Shown in pieces: positions 29,143-38,728 of a DNA stretch of 64,000 bases (the stretch's first letter is position 1; each line of letters opens with the position of its first letter). This DNA is from Candidatus Enterousia sp. GTDB taxonomy: Bacteria > Pseudomonadota > Alphaproteobacteria > Rs-D84. The notes under the pieces were generated by a model. The model was not told the DNA's origin and ran no database searches. It saw nothing but the letters and a program-made list of their open reading frames with translations. The stretch spans positions 12,265 through 76,264 of the forward strand of contig JAZTWM010000006.1 of the NCBI GenBank assembly GCA_045635825.1, written 5' to 3'. The translations under genes and the position numbers were made by a program.

Positions 29143-30832
29143 CGTTCATTATTAGATAATATAGTGCAGGATTGTCAGAACCGGGGTTTCTTAGAATTGG
29201 GCGAACAACATATATGTCTACGTTGCAAGGGGTGTTGCCACCCTGCTCTTCTTTCAGGTCTTCGTGAAACTTTGATGCAAAATCCATTGCCTGCAAGTAT
29301 GCAGCATCATCGTCATTATCGCTGATTGAATCACCCATCCACATCAGCCACATACCATGGTTTACAACGTTTTCTTGACCTTCTAGGTCGTCGGCAGATA
29401 GTAATAATAATGGTGCAAATTCAACGCCACTGGTAAAGTCGCCTGTTTCAGTTTCGGTCCAGTCGTACATGCCACCAATAAACTTGATTGCACCGTATGC
29501 CAGACCACCGGCGGCCTCTAATTTTCCAAGCATAGCGGCATTTTTCATAGTGGAATGGAATAACCAATCTTTGGCTTGGTTGGCAAAACCGCTGGAACGG
29601 CCCATGCGTGCGGCCTTGGTAATAAGTTTGTTGCCTGTCATGGCGGATTTTGTTGCCCGGGCGGCACGTGCAACGATGTTGCCACGTTGTGCCAATTTTA
29701 ATGAACGCAATCCACGACGATAGGCATTTAATTCAGAAAATGTTTTTGTTGCGTCGCGATATTTTTTTACGTCGTTGGTTGCGTCTAGTGTTTTTACAGT
29801 GTCTTTGGCTTTGTCCAAATCCTTGGTCAAATCTGCAATTTTTGCGGCGTCTTTGGTCTTGTCTAGTTTATTGATTTTATTTGTTAGGTCTGCAACGTCA
29901 CGTGTGGCACGTGTCCATTTTATAACGTCATCAGATTTGCTGAGTGTTTTTATAGTACCGGTCAGACCTTTTAATGCACGTGATGCACGTGCGGCCTTGG
30001 TTGCCCCGGTTATGACAATGCCACCACCCATAGTTACAACGGTTATTACGATATCCAGTGCAATTTCCAGATATGTTATCCATTGCAGGTTTACATCACC
30101 TGCAATGTAATAGTCGTTAGAGTCGTCTTCCATATTGACGGTTCTTTCACTCATTACTTTGTTTATGATTAAATCGTCATCTGCCAATGCGGAACGTGCA
30201 GTGCATTTACCGCCATTGTCGTCTGCATTTGGATACAGTTCGTCAATATGGTCACGAATGTATTCAATTGCCAGGGTGTTATTTTTATCAGGCCCCACAA
30301 ATTCGTCCAATGCCCCATGTTCGACAATCATGATTGCGTACCATGCGGGTTCTGTATTTGTCCAAATCGCGGCATCATCTGGATCGCCCAGGCGTGGGTT
30401 TGGATTGTCGGTTGGCAGTCCGCGTTTTTCAGACAGCATTAATCGCTGTTTTAATAATTTTGGCTGTGTTTCATAGTTTACGATAATTTCACGTCCATTT
30501 GGAAATGTGTACATGATGGGCATGAACTTTATTGTTTCGCCTTCGGGAGTGTTAGCGATTTCAGGGCATGCCAGTACCGGACCTAGAACATCTTTTTGTG
30601 CAAATGTTTGATAAATCCATTGCTGAATTACGGTTTCGTGTTCCGTTTCGGCCGCAGGATCGGCGGTGCGTGCCAATGCGTCTGCAAATACTTTGGTTGC
30701 ACATGCCGTATCGTCGGGGCCACGTGTTGGGATTGTTGTGTCTATCAGGCGTGTGTTGGCCCCGTATACGGTGTGTGGTATAACCGCAGGGAACAATAAT
30801 AGGCAAAAGAATATAAAAATGTTTTTTAGCAT
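29117..30832 (-). CDS. Secreted hypothetical protein (571 aa) with a central Gly-rich hydrophobic segment and a K/D/T-rich coiled-coil-like repeat region
   Basis: Signal peptide MLKNIFIFFCLLLFPAVIPHTVYG; VITVVTMGGGIVITGATKAA; repeated KxLxKxxD motifs; start overlaps the stop of the upstream gene. Confidence 0.5.
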   Translation of the reverse strand: MLKNIFIFFCLLLFPAVIPHTVYGANTRLIDTTIPTRGPDDTACATKVFADALARTADPAAETEHETVIQQWIYQTFAQKDVLGPVLACPEIANTPEGETIKFMPIMYTFPNGREIIVNYETQPKLLKQRLMLSEKRGLPTDNPNPRLGDPDDAAIWTNTEPAWYAIMIVEHGALDEFVGPDKNNTLAIEYIRDHIDELYPNADDNGGKCTARSALADDDLIINKVMSERTVNMEDDSNDYYIAGDVNLQWITYLEIALDIVITVVTMGGGIVITGATKAARASRALKGLTGTIKTLSKSDDVIKWTRATRDVADLTNKINKLDKTKDAAKIADLTKDLDKAKDTVKTLDATNDVKKYRDATKTFSELNAYRRGLRSLKLAQRGNIVARAARATKSAMTGNKLITKAARMGRSSGFANQAKDWLFHSTMKNAAMLGKLEAAGGLAYGAIKFIGGMYDWTETETGDFTSGVEFAPLLLLSADDLEGQENVVNHGMWLMWMGDSISDNDDDAAYLQAMDFASKFHEDLKEEQGGNTPCNVDIYVVRPILRNPGSDNPALYYLIMNDEPWTTNE

Positions 30833-30899
30833 TATTATTCCCTGTAGTGTTTTTATTTGGTTGTGTATTGTGCCGCCTGTGCCCCCATAACGGTATCTG

Positions 30900-32732
30900 C
30901 TAGTTTACCTTTTTATTGTTGTTTGGGTTACTGTCGGTTTTGTCGTTAGGATCCGATGTTTTAAACAGTTTTTCGGTCCATTTTTTGATGTCGAATTGTT
31001 TAGAGTTTTTTGCAGCATCGTCTGCGGCATCTATGTCTTTTGCGGATTTGCCAACAGCGGCACCGGCGCGTTCTGCGAACTTTTTTACAGTACCAAGTTT
31101 TTTGCTGGCCTCTTCCATATTTTGTGCCCCTTTTACGGCGTCTAGTACTTCGGTATCTTCGTTGTTACCTTTGCCACCAGTGCCACATTCTTCGTCCATT
31201 TCCGCCAGTTGTGCTTCGATTTTTGCGATTGCATATTCATACATATCGGGTCCCAGATCAGGTTCCAGTGGTGCAGGTTCCGGCTGTGGTGTTGTTTGTT
31301 GTGCGGTTGGTGCGGGTGTTGTTTCAGGGATTATTTCCGCACAATAATCGGCCATTAACTGATAGCCATCGATGCAACCCCATTCGATACATTTTTTTTC
31401 TTCGTTCAATCCAAATATGTATATGGGCAGGTTTTTTTCTTCTTCGTTTGGACCTTTCCCATCACAATATTTTGGGGTGCATTTTTTTGTTTTTGAATCA
31501 TAATTAAATGATTCACCGCAGTCCCATTTCCAACATACTTTTGATGTATCTGGGACGTATCGAACGCTATCACCTAGGCCATTTGGTGGTGCAGATGTGC
31601 CAGAACACCAGCGTGTTGTACAACTTTCTGACCATGCGTCATCACTGACTAGGTCTTTAAAGAATCCAAGGATCCCGCCACTAGATTTTGAACGGCCACC
31701 CACTTGGCATTGGCGAACCATGGCCATTGCACCACCACCTTTTTTCTGACAGAACATATAATCGCCAATGCCACGTTTTACGTCGCCGGTGGTTGTATTG
31801 CAACACGTTTGTTTGTTTGTAACAGGGTCTGTCAAACAGTCGGTTTCCGAGAACATTTGCCATCCAACAGTGGCCGCACCAACAACTGCACCTGCACCAA
31901 GAGCGATCCATCCAGCTGGGCCAGATAGTGCTAAAACGGATGCAACCCCCATGCCGACCATTGCACCGCCTGCGGTTGACATTAGAAGGTCTTTGCCTGT
32001 GCGGGCACCTTCGCCCATATTAGCATCCCACCACATTTTAACACCGCCTACTACTGATAGTACGCCTAGACCTTTGCTTACAACTTTGCCCGCTGTACCT
32101 TTTAATATGTTTAATTTGCTATTTGTCTTGATTGGGTCTGGTTTTGGTGGTGGCATGTTGTTAAAGCCTTTGCCAGATACGAATTTTCCGTTCATATTTT
32201 TATAATTGACTATGCCACTTTTATGGACTTCACGATAGTATTGTTTGCCGTCTGTGTGGGTGAAAAGTTCGCGTGTAAAAACATTACCTTTGCTGCTGGT
32301 AATTGTGCCTGTTGGCAGTGGTTTTGGCGCCTTTGCCGCGGCGGTTGTTGTCTTGGCGGCTGTGCTGCTTGTCGAAGTTGATGCTGGTGTGGATGGTGAC
32401 GCAGTGGGGGTTGCAGCTGGTGCACCGTTTTTAGAGAAGTAAATAGATCCATTTTTTTTAGTAACGCTTATACCCTGTTTTTTTAGATTTCTTTGTAAGG
32501 CATCGTATTCTCCTGGGGTAAGTTGGTCAGTGGTATAGGCGGGCATACCCCCACCTTTTGTTTGCCAGTCGCTTAATATGCTGTCAAATGACTGGCCACC
32601 AAAACCCAATTTTGCTTTTGCTGCATCGAAGACGGGGGTGGCGGCATAAGATAATGATACTGTGCATATTAATAATGAAAATGCAACAAGGAATGTTTTT
32701 ATTTTTTTTAGAAAAAAAGTTTTTATAGACAT
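30900..32732 (-). CDS. Secreted hypothetical protein (~610 aa) with a Thr/Ala/Ser/Pro-rich linker, a glycine-zipper membrane segment and a Cys-rich C-terminal half
   Basis: Signal peptide; AATPTASPSTPASTSTSSTAAKTTTAAAKAPKP; GAMVGMGVASVLALSGPAGWIALGAGAVVGAATVG glycine zipper; CxxC/WxC-rich region. Confidence 0.5.
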   Translation of the reverse strand: MSIKTFFLKKIKTFLVAFSLLICTVSLSYAATPVFDAAKAKLGFGGQSFDSILSDWQTKGGGMPAYTTDQLTPGEYDALQRNLKKQGISVTKKNGSIYFSKNGAPAATPTASPSTPASTSTSSTAAKTTTAAAKAPKPLPTGTITSSKGNVFTRELFTHTDGKQYYREVHKSGIVNYKNMNGKFVSGKGFNNMPPPKPDPIKTNSKLNILKGTAGKVVSKGLGVLSVVGGVKMWWDANMGEGARTGKDLLMSTAGGAMVGMGVASVLALSGPAGWIALGAGAVVGAATVGWQMFSETDCLTDPVTNKQTCCNTTTGDVKRGIGDYMFCQKKGGGAMAMVRQCQVGGRSKSSGGILGFFKDLVSDDAWSESCTTRWCSGTSAPPNGLGDSVRYVPDTSKVCWKWDCGESFNYDSKTKKCTPKYCDGKGPNEEEKNLPIYIFGLNEEKKCIEWGCIDGYQLMADYCAEIIPETTPAPTAQQTTPQPEPAPLEPDLGPDMYEYAIAKIEAQLAEMDEECGTGGKGNNEDTEVLDAVKGAQNMEEASKKLGTVKKFAERAGAAVGKSAKDIDAADDAAKNSKQFDIKKWTEKLFKTSDPNDKTDSNPNNNKKVN

Positions 32733-32734
32733 AA

Positions 32735-33628
32735 TCAATAACTTCCTGTGGTTTGGCATTGTTCAATTGGTGTGCCGGCGGCACGACATGCCTTTAATTT
32801 CGCCAGATCTTCACGTAATGTTTGGGTGGTTGTACCGTATTTGGCTTCGCACCATTCACGACGTTTGGCAGCAATGCGAATGCGACGGTCCAGATACGCC
32901 TCTTTGGATTCGATTGTGATGGTTTTAAATGCACTGGTGCCGGCGTATGGTTTATATCCTTCGGTGGCGTTGGCCTTGCGTTCTTCAAAGGAAAAGTCAG
33001 CCGCCACTTTTGGCATTTCATCTGTCGCAGTTGGTAATTTGTTTGCACCCGATTGTTCGCGCAGGGCCTCTAACTCTGCCCGGCGGGCGGCCATGTCTGC
33101 CTTCCAATTATCTTGTTGCTTGGGTTGGGTGGACGGAAGTGTTGATACAATCGCCTGGGTTGGTGTGTTTGTCTTTATGGATGTGTCTGGGAATGCAATA
33201 CGGGCATTTTTATCAAACCCAGTATTTTGTTTTACATAATTGTCAAATGCACCATCTAAGTATCCGGCACAAGATGTGGCATAGTTTGCCCCAGGCATTT
33301 GTGTCAATTGCATCATTAATGCAGGACGTATATCCTTTAATTTTGTGTCACGACAATTGTTACGCATTCCACATTGCTGGGCAATCAATTGGGCGGCAAT
33401 TTGGTTGCAGTCGCCAGATTTAGCGTCTGGACCATCGACGTATACCGGTGTTGGCATACGCTGATTATATGGCGAGTTTGGGTTCCAATATGGATTTGAT
33501 GAATAACTTTGTACGTTTTGAATGTTTCCATAATTGGAAAATGCAGATGGTGATGCATTGCATAAACCAGTATATGTGATAACACATATCATAAATAAAT
33601 GAAGTATATACTTGTGCTTAATTCTCAT
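32735..33628 (-). CDS. Secreted hypothetical protein carrying the DFSFEERKANATEGYKPYAG module near its C-terminus
   Basis: Signal peptide MRIKHKYILHLFMICVITYTGLCNA; the shared module with 18841 and 28000 proteins; Cys pairs. Confidence 0.5.
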   Translation of the reverse strand: MRIKHKYILHLFMICVITYTGLCNASPSAFSNYGNIQNVQSYSSNPYWNPNSPYNQRMPTPVYVDGPDAKSGDCNQIAAQLIAQQCGMRNNCRDTKLKDIRPALMMQLTQMPGANYATSCAGYLDGAFDNYVKQNTGFDKNARIAFPDTSIKTNTPTQAIVSTLPSTQPKQQDNWKADMAARRAELEALREQSGANKLPTATDEMPKVAADFSFEERKANATEGYKPYAGTSAFKTITIESKEAYLDRRIRIAAKRREWCEAKYGTTTQTLREDLAKLKACRAAGTPIEQCQTTGSY

Positions 33629-33649
33629 TTCCAGGTCCCTGTAATGTGA

Positions 33650-34117
33650 TTATAGCAAAAACAGACCTGTCAGGAAAGATAAAAATCCCCCAATTAGAAA
33701 AAATGGTGCAAATGGTATATATTTTTGTTGATTAAATCGTGCCCATATTGCCCCAATCAGGCATGCGAATATTAGTGCCAGTCCCAATCCATTTGTCCCC
33801 AGCCATAATCCCCCAACACCAATTAACTTTATATCGCCCATACCAATTGGTGGGTATGGAATGTTTTTATTTTTGTGCAGTTTGTCAAATAATATGCCAA
33901 TAATTGTTGCCATAATGTATCCGAATGTTGCACCAATGACAGCATTTGATATGTCGGTTGGAAAACTGTAAAAAGTGGTTAATATCAGCCCAATCAGCAT
34001 AAGTGGAAACAGGTATGCGTCTGGGATTATACGACGACGCAGGTCGGCCCTGGATATCATTATGGCCAGCCAAATTGCAGTGGCAATTAATAGGCTAAAA
34101 AATATATTAAAAATCAT
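33650..34117 (-). CDS. Prepilin peptidase-like (A24 family, CpaA/TadV-type) small membrane protein
   Basis: 155 aa, 4-5 TM helices, Asp in the ADLRRRIIPD context and a second Asp in a later loop, as in CpaA-type peptidases. Confidence 0.5.
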   Translation of the reverse strand: MIFNIFFSLLIATAIWLAIMISRADLRRRIIPDAYLFPLMLIGLILTTFYSFPTDISNAVIGATFGYIMATIIGILFDKLHKNKNIPYPPIGMGDIKLIGVGGLWLGTNGLGLALIFACLIGAIWARFNQQKYIPFAPFFLIGGFLSFLTGLFLL

Positions 34118-34190
34118 GTTTTCCCCCTTGCCTTTCGAATCGGATGTGTGCTATGATATATCAGTAGTATTATAACAAGGATTCTGTAAT

Positions 34191-34778
34191 ATGAGCAAGG
34201 GTTGGGATAACACAGCACTAAAAAAATTAAAAGCATTGACTGGCAAGGGGTTGTCTACGTCCGAAATTGGTAAGCGGCTGGGGATGTCTAAGAATGCGAT
34301 TGTGGGTAAATTAAATCGTTTGGGCTGGAATGCCAAGGCGGGTGGTGCCAGTGTCGCCGGGGCAAGTGAAAAGAAAACCGCTGCAGTGTCAAAGAAGACC
34401 GAAGAAGTTGTGGAAAAACGTGCAACAAAAAAAGTAGCCACCAAGGCTGTAAAAGAAGAAAAAAAAGTTGTTGTGAAAAAAGTGGCGGCCAAGGCCGAAA
34501 CAAAGCCTGTAAAAGCCAAGGTAGAACCTAAGAAGGCAGAAGAAAAAACATCTGCACGTTCCACAAAGGTAAGCGCCAAGGATTTGGCAGTGCATCAGCG
34601 GATTGTTCAGCATTCTTTGGAAATGGCAAACTTGAAACCAAATCAATGTCGTTGGCCGATTGGTGATCCTGATTCTGAACATTTTCATTTTTGTGGCGAA
34701 ACAGTGTTTGTGGGTAAACCATATTGCTATGAGCATTGTAAGCAGGCGTATCAGTTTACACCGCCCAAGAAAAAATAG
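34191..34778 (+). CDS. gcrA: Cell-cycle regulator GcrA
   Basis: N-terminal W..LK.L...GLS.SEI..RLG.S.NA..GK..RLG and C-terminal CRWPIGDP....FCG.....PYC..H are GcrA hallmarks; a K/A/E-rich linker lies between them. Confidence 0.75.
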   Translation: MSKGWDNTALKKLKALTGKGLSTSEIGKRLGMSKNAIVGKLNRLGWNAKAGGASVAGASEKKTAAVSKKTEEVVEKRATKKVATKAVKEEKKVVVKKVAAKAETKPVKAKVEPKKAEEKTSARSTKVSAKDLAVHQRIVQHSLEMANLKPNQCRWPIGDPDSEHFHFCGETVFVGKPYCYEHCKQAYQFTPPKKK

Positions 34779-34802
34779 TTTTGTTGGTGGGGAATAAGAC
34801 GT

Positions 34803-37103
34803 ATGTCGATAGAGAGAGAGAATCTTAAGCAATCGTTAAAAGTTGTCGATTATGATATCGCAGGTAATCCTTTGCGTGCATACCAGGACGTGGATGGGCG
34901 TTTGGTGTTTGTCTTGGATTTGTTGATTGATGATATTAAGCCAAATGTGTTATTGGTAATTAGTCCTGAGGATAATCGCAAGTGGGATGATATAATTGCT
35001 AATGATTGGGGTGTGGATTTGGAAACTGTGCGTCCCAAGAAGGATAATAAATATCAAAAGTTAGATATAGAATATGCAGGGTTAGATAAATACTCTGATT
35101 TAATTCAGGCGTATTTGGGTAGAGGTGATGTTTCGGCCAGGTTGGCGGATTTGCAGGCGTTTCGTGTCAGTGTTGCAAAACATGTTGCAACAGAAAGGTT
35201 GGCTGCTGCTGAAAAGTTGGCAGGTCAGGCACGTGAAACGATTGAAAAAACAAACGATACAATTGCAACCCTGCAAGAAAAACTAAAAGGGTGGCGTGTA
35301 AAACTGCAGGAATATAAGTCGCAGATTGGGCGGGCACCTGGAAAACAGGTTGCGTCAAAGATTTTGCGGGCGGAATCGCAGATTGATGCGATTGGCGAGA
35401 AAATGGTTCGGGCAAAAAAAAGATTGGCCAGTGCCAAGAATCGCCTGGTAAATGCAGAAGATGATGCGGATATCGCACGTAACATATTAACCAGAATTCA
35501 GCAGATTGCGGGTCATGATGGACAAGATGCAATCGTAACAGATTTAACAACAATAAATAAAACAGGGGCAGAAAAAATGGCAGATAATGATATTAAACCA
35601 ATCTTGGATCAGGATCCAAATATATTAGATGAAGATATTGCGTTTAAGCCTATTGTATTTGATACGTCTGTGGCGCCGGTTGTGCCGTCTGCACCATCTG
35701 TGACGTCAAATGTGCCAAAGTTTAAGCCATTTGGTAATGATGTAGAAAAAACAGAAGAAGTGGTTTTTGCACCGGTTGTGGCGGATGTGCCAGTTGCACC
35801 GGCTGTGCCGGAAACACCTGTTGTGCCAGAGACGTTGGCCGCACCTGTTGTGTTTGATGTGCCAGAAGTTCAAGAGGTTCAAGCGCCTGTGATTGAGCCT
35901 GTTTCAGTTCCTGTTGCCCAAGAGGTGCATATGCCAGCACCATTGGTGGAACAGATGCCTGTGCCGGTTTTGGATAGTATTACAGCGGTTGGACCAGTGC
36001 TAGATCAGGCGGATTCAGAAGTGTTTGGTGGTGATGTGTTGTCACCAGAACTGTCAACATCAGTGGTGTCAGAAGTGCCGATGTCACCTGTGTTAGAGGC
36101 ACCAACTTTATCGCCAGTTGTGTCAGATGTGCCGGTGGCACCTGTGGTCCCTGCCCATGCGATGCCTGTTGTTAATGCACCAGCGTCAAGTGCACCTGTG
36201 GCACCGATGCCAGAGATATCAGCATCGCCGGTTGATGGCCCAGGAAGACCTGTGTCCCCTATTGCGGCACCGGTGGTTGCGGTTTCGGCATCAACCCCAC
36301 GTAAGCCCACCACATTATATTATGTGTTGTTGATGGTGTTGATTGCGTTGTCTATATTCACGTTGTGGATTTATCAAAAGTCTTCGAACCAGAATCTGCC
36401 GGAATTGGGTGCTTCTGTTCAGGCAGAAACACAAGAAGAAGTTGTTGTGCAGGATGGTCAGGATGCCAATTCACCATTCTTGGGTGGTGCAGAAGATGTG
36501 AAAGCCGAAAAGGTGTCTGAGCCAGTTCAGGTTGTTATGCCAGCCCCAGAAGTAAAACCTGTGGAAACAGAAAGTGTTGAGCTTGTCATGGATATTGTGC
36601 CAGAAGAAGTTCCTGCAACCCCAGCCGAGGCAGTTACTATTTCGCCATCTGTAGAGGTTGTGTCTGTGCCAGCAACCCCTGCACAAGAAGATGAGGTTAT
36701 AGAGCCACAACCTGTGGAAGAAAATCCTTTCTTGTCAGATGATACTGTGGTTGCACCTGCACAGAAGTCCATTGCTGAAATTATTGCCAGCAAGCCTGTG
36801 TATAATGTTGCACGTGACGATAAGAAATTTGTTGCAGATCCTGAATATGAAACAAGTGAAGAGGATGAAGAAACAGTAGAAGAAGTTGTAGAGAAAGAAG
36901 TACCAGTGGTCGATGTTGCGGAACCTGTTGTTACGGGTGTGACAGATGAAGTTGTGACAGAGGTTGTGCAGGATACATGTGCAGATGGAAACTTGCCAGA
37001 TGAGAATGGGTGTTGTTCTGGTGAAGAATCTGTTGATTTAGGTGGTGGTGAATTGGCGTGTTGTGTCGTCGGTACAGACGAATGTTTCCCACCAATGAAA
37101 TAA
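34803..37103 (+). CDS. Large hypothetical protein (766 aa): coiled-coil N-domain, P/V-rich (PVVP/PAVP) repeats, one TM, acidic E/V-rich C-terminal region with a terminal Cys cluster
   Basis: ORF with strong low-complexity periodicity; TM TTLYYVLLMVLIALSIFTLWIY; CADGNLPDENGCCSGEE..CCVVGTDEC at the end. Confidence 0.5.
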   Translation: MSIERENLKQSLKVVDYDIAGNPLRAYQDVDGRLVFVLDLLIDDIKPNVLLVISPEDNRKWDDIIANDWGVDLETVRPKKDNKYQKLDIEYAGLDKYSDLIQAYLGRGDVSARLADLQAFRVSVAKHVATERLAAAEKLAGQARETIEKTNDTIATLQEKLKGWRVKLQEYKSQIGRAPGKQVASKILRAESQIDAIGEKMVRAKKRLASAKNRLVNAEDDADIARNILTRIQQIAGHDGQDAIVTDLTTINKTGAEKMADNDIKPILDQDPNILDEDIAFKPIVFDTSVAPVVPSAPSVTSNVPKFKPFGNDVEKTEEVVFAPVVADVPVAPAVPETPVVPETLAAPVVFDVPEVQEVQAPVIEPVSVPVAQEVHMPAPLVEQMPVPVLDSITAVGPVLDQADSEVFGGDVLSPELSTSVVSEVPMSPVLEAPTLSPVVSDVPVAPVVPAHAMPVVNAPASSAPVAPMPEISASPVDGPGRPVSPIAAPVVAVSASTPRKPTTLYYVLLMVLIALSIFTLWIYQKSSNQNLPELGASVQAETQEEVVVQDGQDANSPFLGGAEDVKAEKVSEPVQVVMPAPEVKPVETESVELVMDIVPEEVPATPAEAVTISPSVEVVSVPATPAQEDEVIEPQPVEENPFLSDDTVVAPAQKSIAEIIASKPVYNVARDDKKFVADPEYETSEEDEETVEEVVEKEVPVVDVAEPVVTGVTDEVVTEVVQDTCADGNLPDENGCCSGEESVDLGGGELACCVVGTDECFPPMK

Positions 37104-37109
37104 AGAAAA

Positions 37110-37135
37110 GACCCGCAAATGCGGGTCTCTTTTTA
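37110..37135. terminator. Bidirectional terminator (agacccgcaaatgcgggtct + TTTTT)
   Basis: Perfect hairpin. Confidence 0.6.
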
Positions 37136-37612
37136 TCTGGTATGTTGACATACGGGATGTGTCAAAATGTGTTTTATCTGGCTAGGGATTAATAGACGCA
37201 GTGCAATTGAAGGTGTCCCATAGGTCGCGGAATTGTGATACACTGCCAGGACTTCGGATTGTGCCAATGCATCAGGTTTGCGGATATTTCCTTGTTTGTC
37301 TATGATGCCATTTGTGATGTCATCTTGGTATGCGTGTGCCAAATCCATAACAAGGCCCGGATTTATTTGTGTGGTATTGTCCGGACTGTATGGCAGATGG
37401 TATTTTTTGTGTATTGCGATATATCCAGGAAGCCTCTTGAACCCCAGACCCAGTTGTGGTTTGTATTCCTGGAACATGCCAGACATAACATAATCTTGGG
37501 CGGCCAAGGCACTGTTGTGGATGATGGTGTATTCTTTATTAAATAGTGTTGGGTTTAACTGTTGTAGGCACAGTTCCCGAATTTTGAAAATTGGTACTAA
37601 ATCCTGTTGCAT
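37133..37612 (-). CDS. Hypothetical protein (159 aa)
   Basis: ORF only; no motif recognised. Confidence 0.35.
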   Translation of the reverse strand: MQQDLVPIFKIRELCLQQLNPTLFNKEYTIIHNSALAAQDYVMSGMFQEYKPQLGLGFKRLPGYIAIHKKYHLPYSPDNTTQINPGLVMDLAHAYQDDITNGIIDKQGNIRKPDALAQSEVLAVYHNSATYGTPSIALRLLIPSQIKHILTHPVCQHTR

Positions 37613-37697
37613 TTCTTTCCCCGATTTTTAGTCTAAAATATACTAACATTGTGTGCATGCTTGTCAATAAAAAACACCCCGTATGGGGTGTGTTGGT

Positions 37698-38666
37698 TTA
37701 TCTGGCAACATCACCACGCAACTTTTCGTGATGAATATAGTCTTTTAGTTTGAAGCCACCATCTGCACGCCAGTTCAGCATTCCATTCCAGTTTGCGTCT
37801 GGGATTTCAACGGTTGGCAAAGGGTGCGGTTTACGTTGTAATTGTTCTGCGACCTGGGGCAGATGGTTTTGATAGATGTGTGCATCATGCAGTTCGCCTT
37901 TTAGGATTCCTGGTTTTAATCCTGCTTCTTTGGCGTACAGTAACAGCAATAGTGCATAACTGGCGATATTGTATGGGATGCCCAAGAACATATCGCATGA
38001 ACGTTGGGTCCATATCATATTTAATTTGCCGTCACGTACAATTAACTGGTGCATCATATGGCATGGTGGTAAAGCCATTTGCGGAAAGTCTGTTGGGTTC
38101 CATGCGGATACTATGATGCGGCGGTCATTTGGATTATTTTTTAGTTTATCTATTGCGTTTGCAACCTGGTCTATGCCCGGATTGTTTGGATTGAAGTTGT
38201 CGGTTGGGTTTTGTTCAATTCTGGATGTGTCCCATTGGTAATCACCGCCAAAGTGTCGCCACTGGAAACCGTAGATTGGTCCCAGATCACGTTCGCTGTC
38301 CATGATAGAATTGCGTAATATTTGTTTCTGTTCAGGGGTAAGTGGGGTGTTGTCCCATTCCAGCATGCCCTTTTTTAGTTTGTATTCTTGTTCAACTTTG
38401 ACCGGGTTTGCCCATTCGTTCCAGATTTTGCAATTTCTGTCTTGTAACCATTTTTTATCTGTGATTCCACGCAGAAAGAATTCCAGTTCAGTTGCGATAT
38501 TTTTTAGTCCCATTTGTTTTGTTGTGATTAATGGGAATCCGGTTTCCATGTCATGTACGAATGTTGCACCATGTCCCAGGCCTATGTCTGGGATTCCTGT
38601 ACGATTTTGTCGCAGGTCGCCACCACGTGTGTATATGTCGCCCAGAATATCCAAGTATGCTTTCAT
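37698..38666 (-). CDS. thyA: Thymidylate synthase (long form, 322 aa)
   Basis: MKAYLDILGDIYTRG..RTG, PLITTKQ, PPCH..Q active-site Cys context, GIPYNIASYALLL. Confidence 0.85.
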   Translation of the reverse strand: MKAYLDILGDIYTRGGDLRQNRTGIPDIGLGHGATFVHDMETGFPLITTKQMGLKNIATELEFFLRGITDKKWLQDRNCKIWNEWANPVKVEQEYKLKKGMLEWDNTPLTPEQKQILRNSIMDSERDLGPIYGFQWRHFGGDYQWDTSRIEQNPTDNFNPNNPGIDQVANAIDKLKNNPNDRRIIVSAWNPTDFPQMALPPCHMMHQLIVRDGKLNMIWTQRSCDMFLGIPYNIASYALLLLLYAKEAGLKPGILKGELHDAHIYQNHLPQVAEQLQRKPHPLPTVEIPDANWNGMLNWRADGGFKLKDYIHHEKLRGDVAR

Positions 38667-38671
38667 AATAA

Positions 38672-38700
38672 TTTGCCTTTTATATTGTCATAAATAAACG
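38672..38700 (-). terminator. Terminator after tig (aaacgcgcctttggcgcgttt)
   Basis: Hairpin seen between the tig stop and thyA start. Confidence 0.5.
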
Positions 38701-38728
38701 CGCCAAAGGCGCGTTTATTCGGTGTTAG

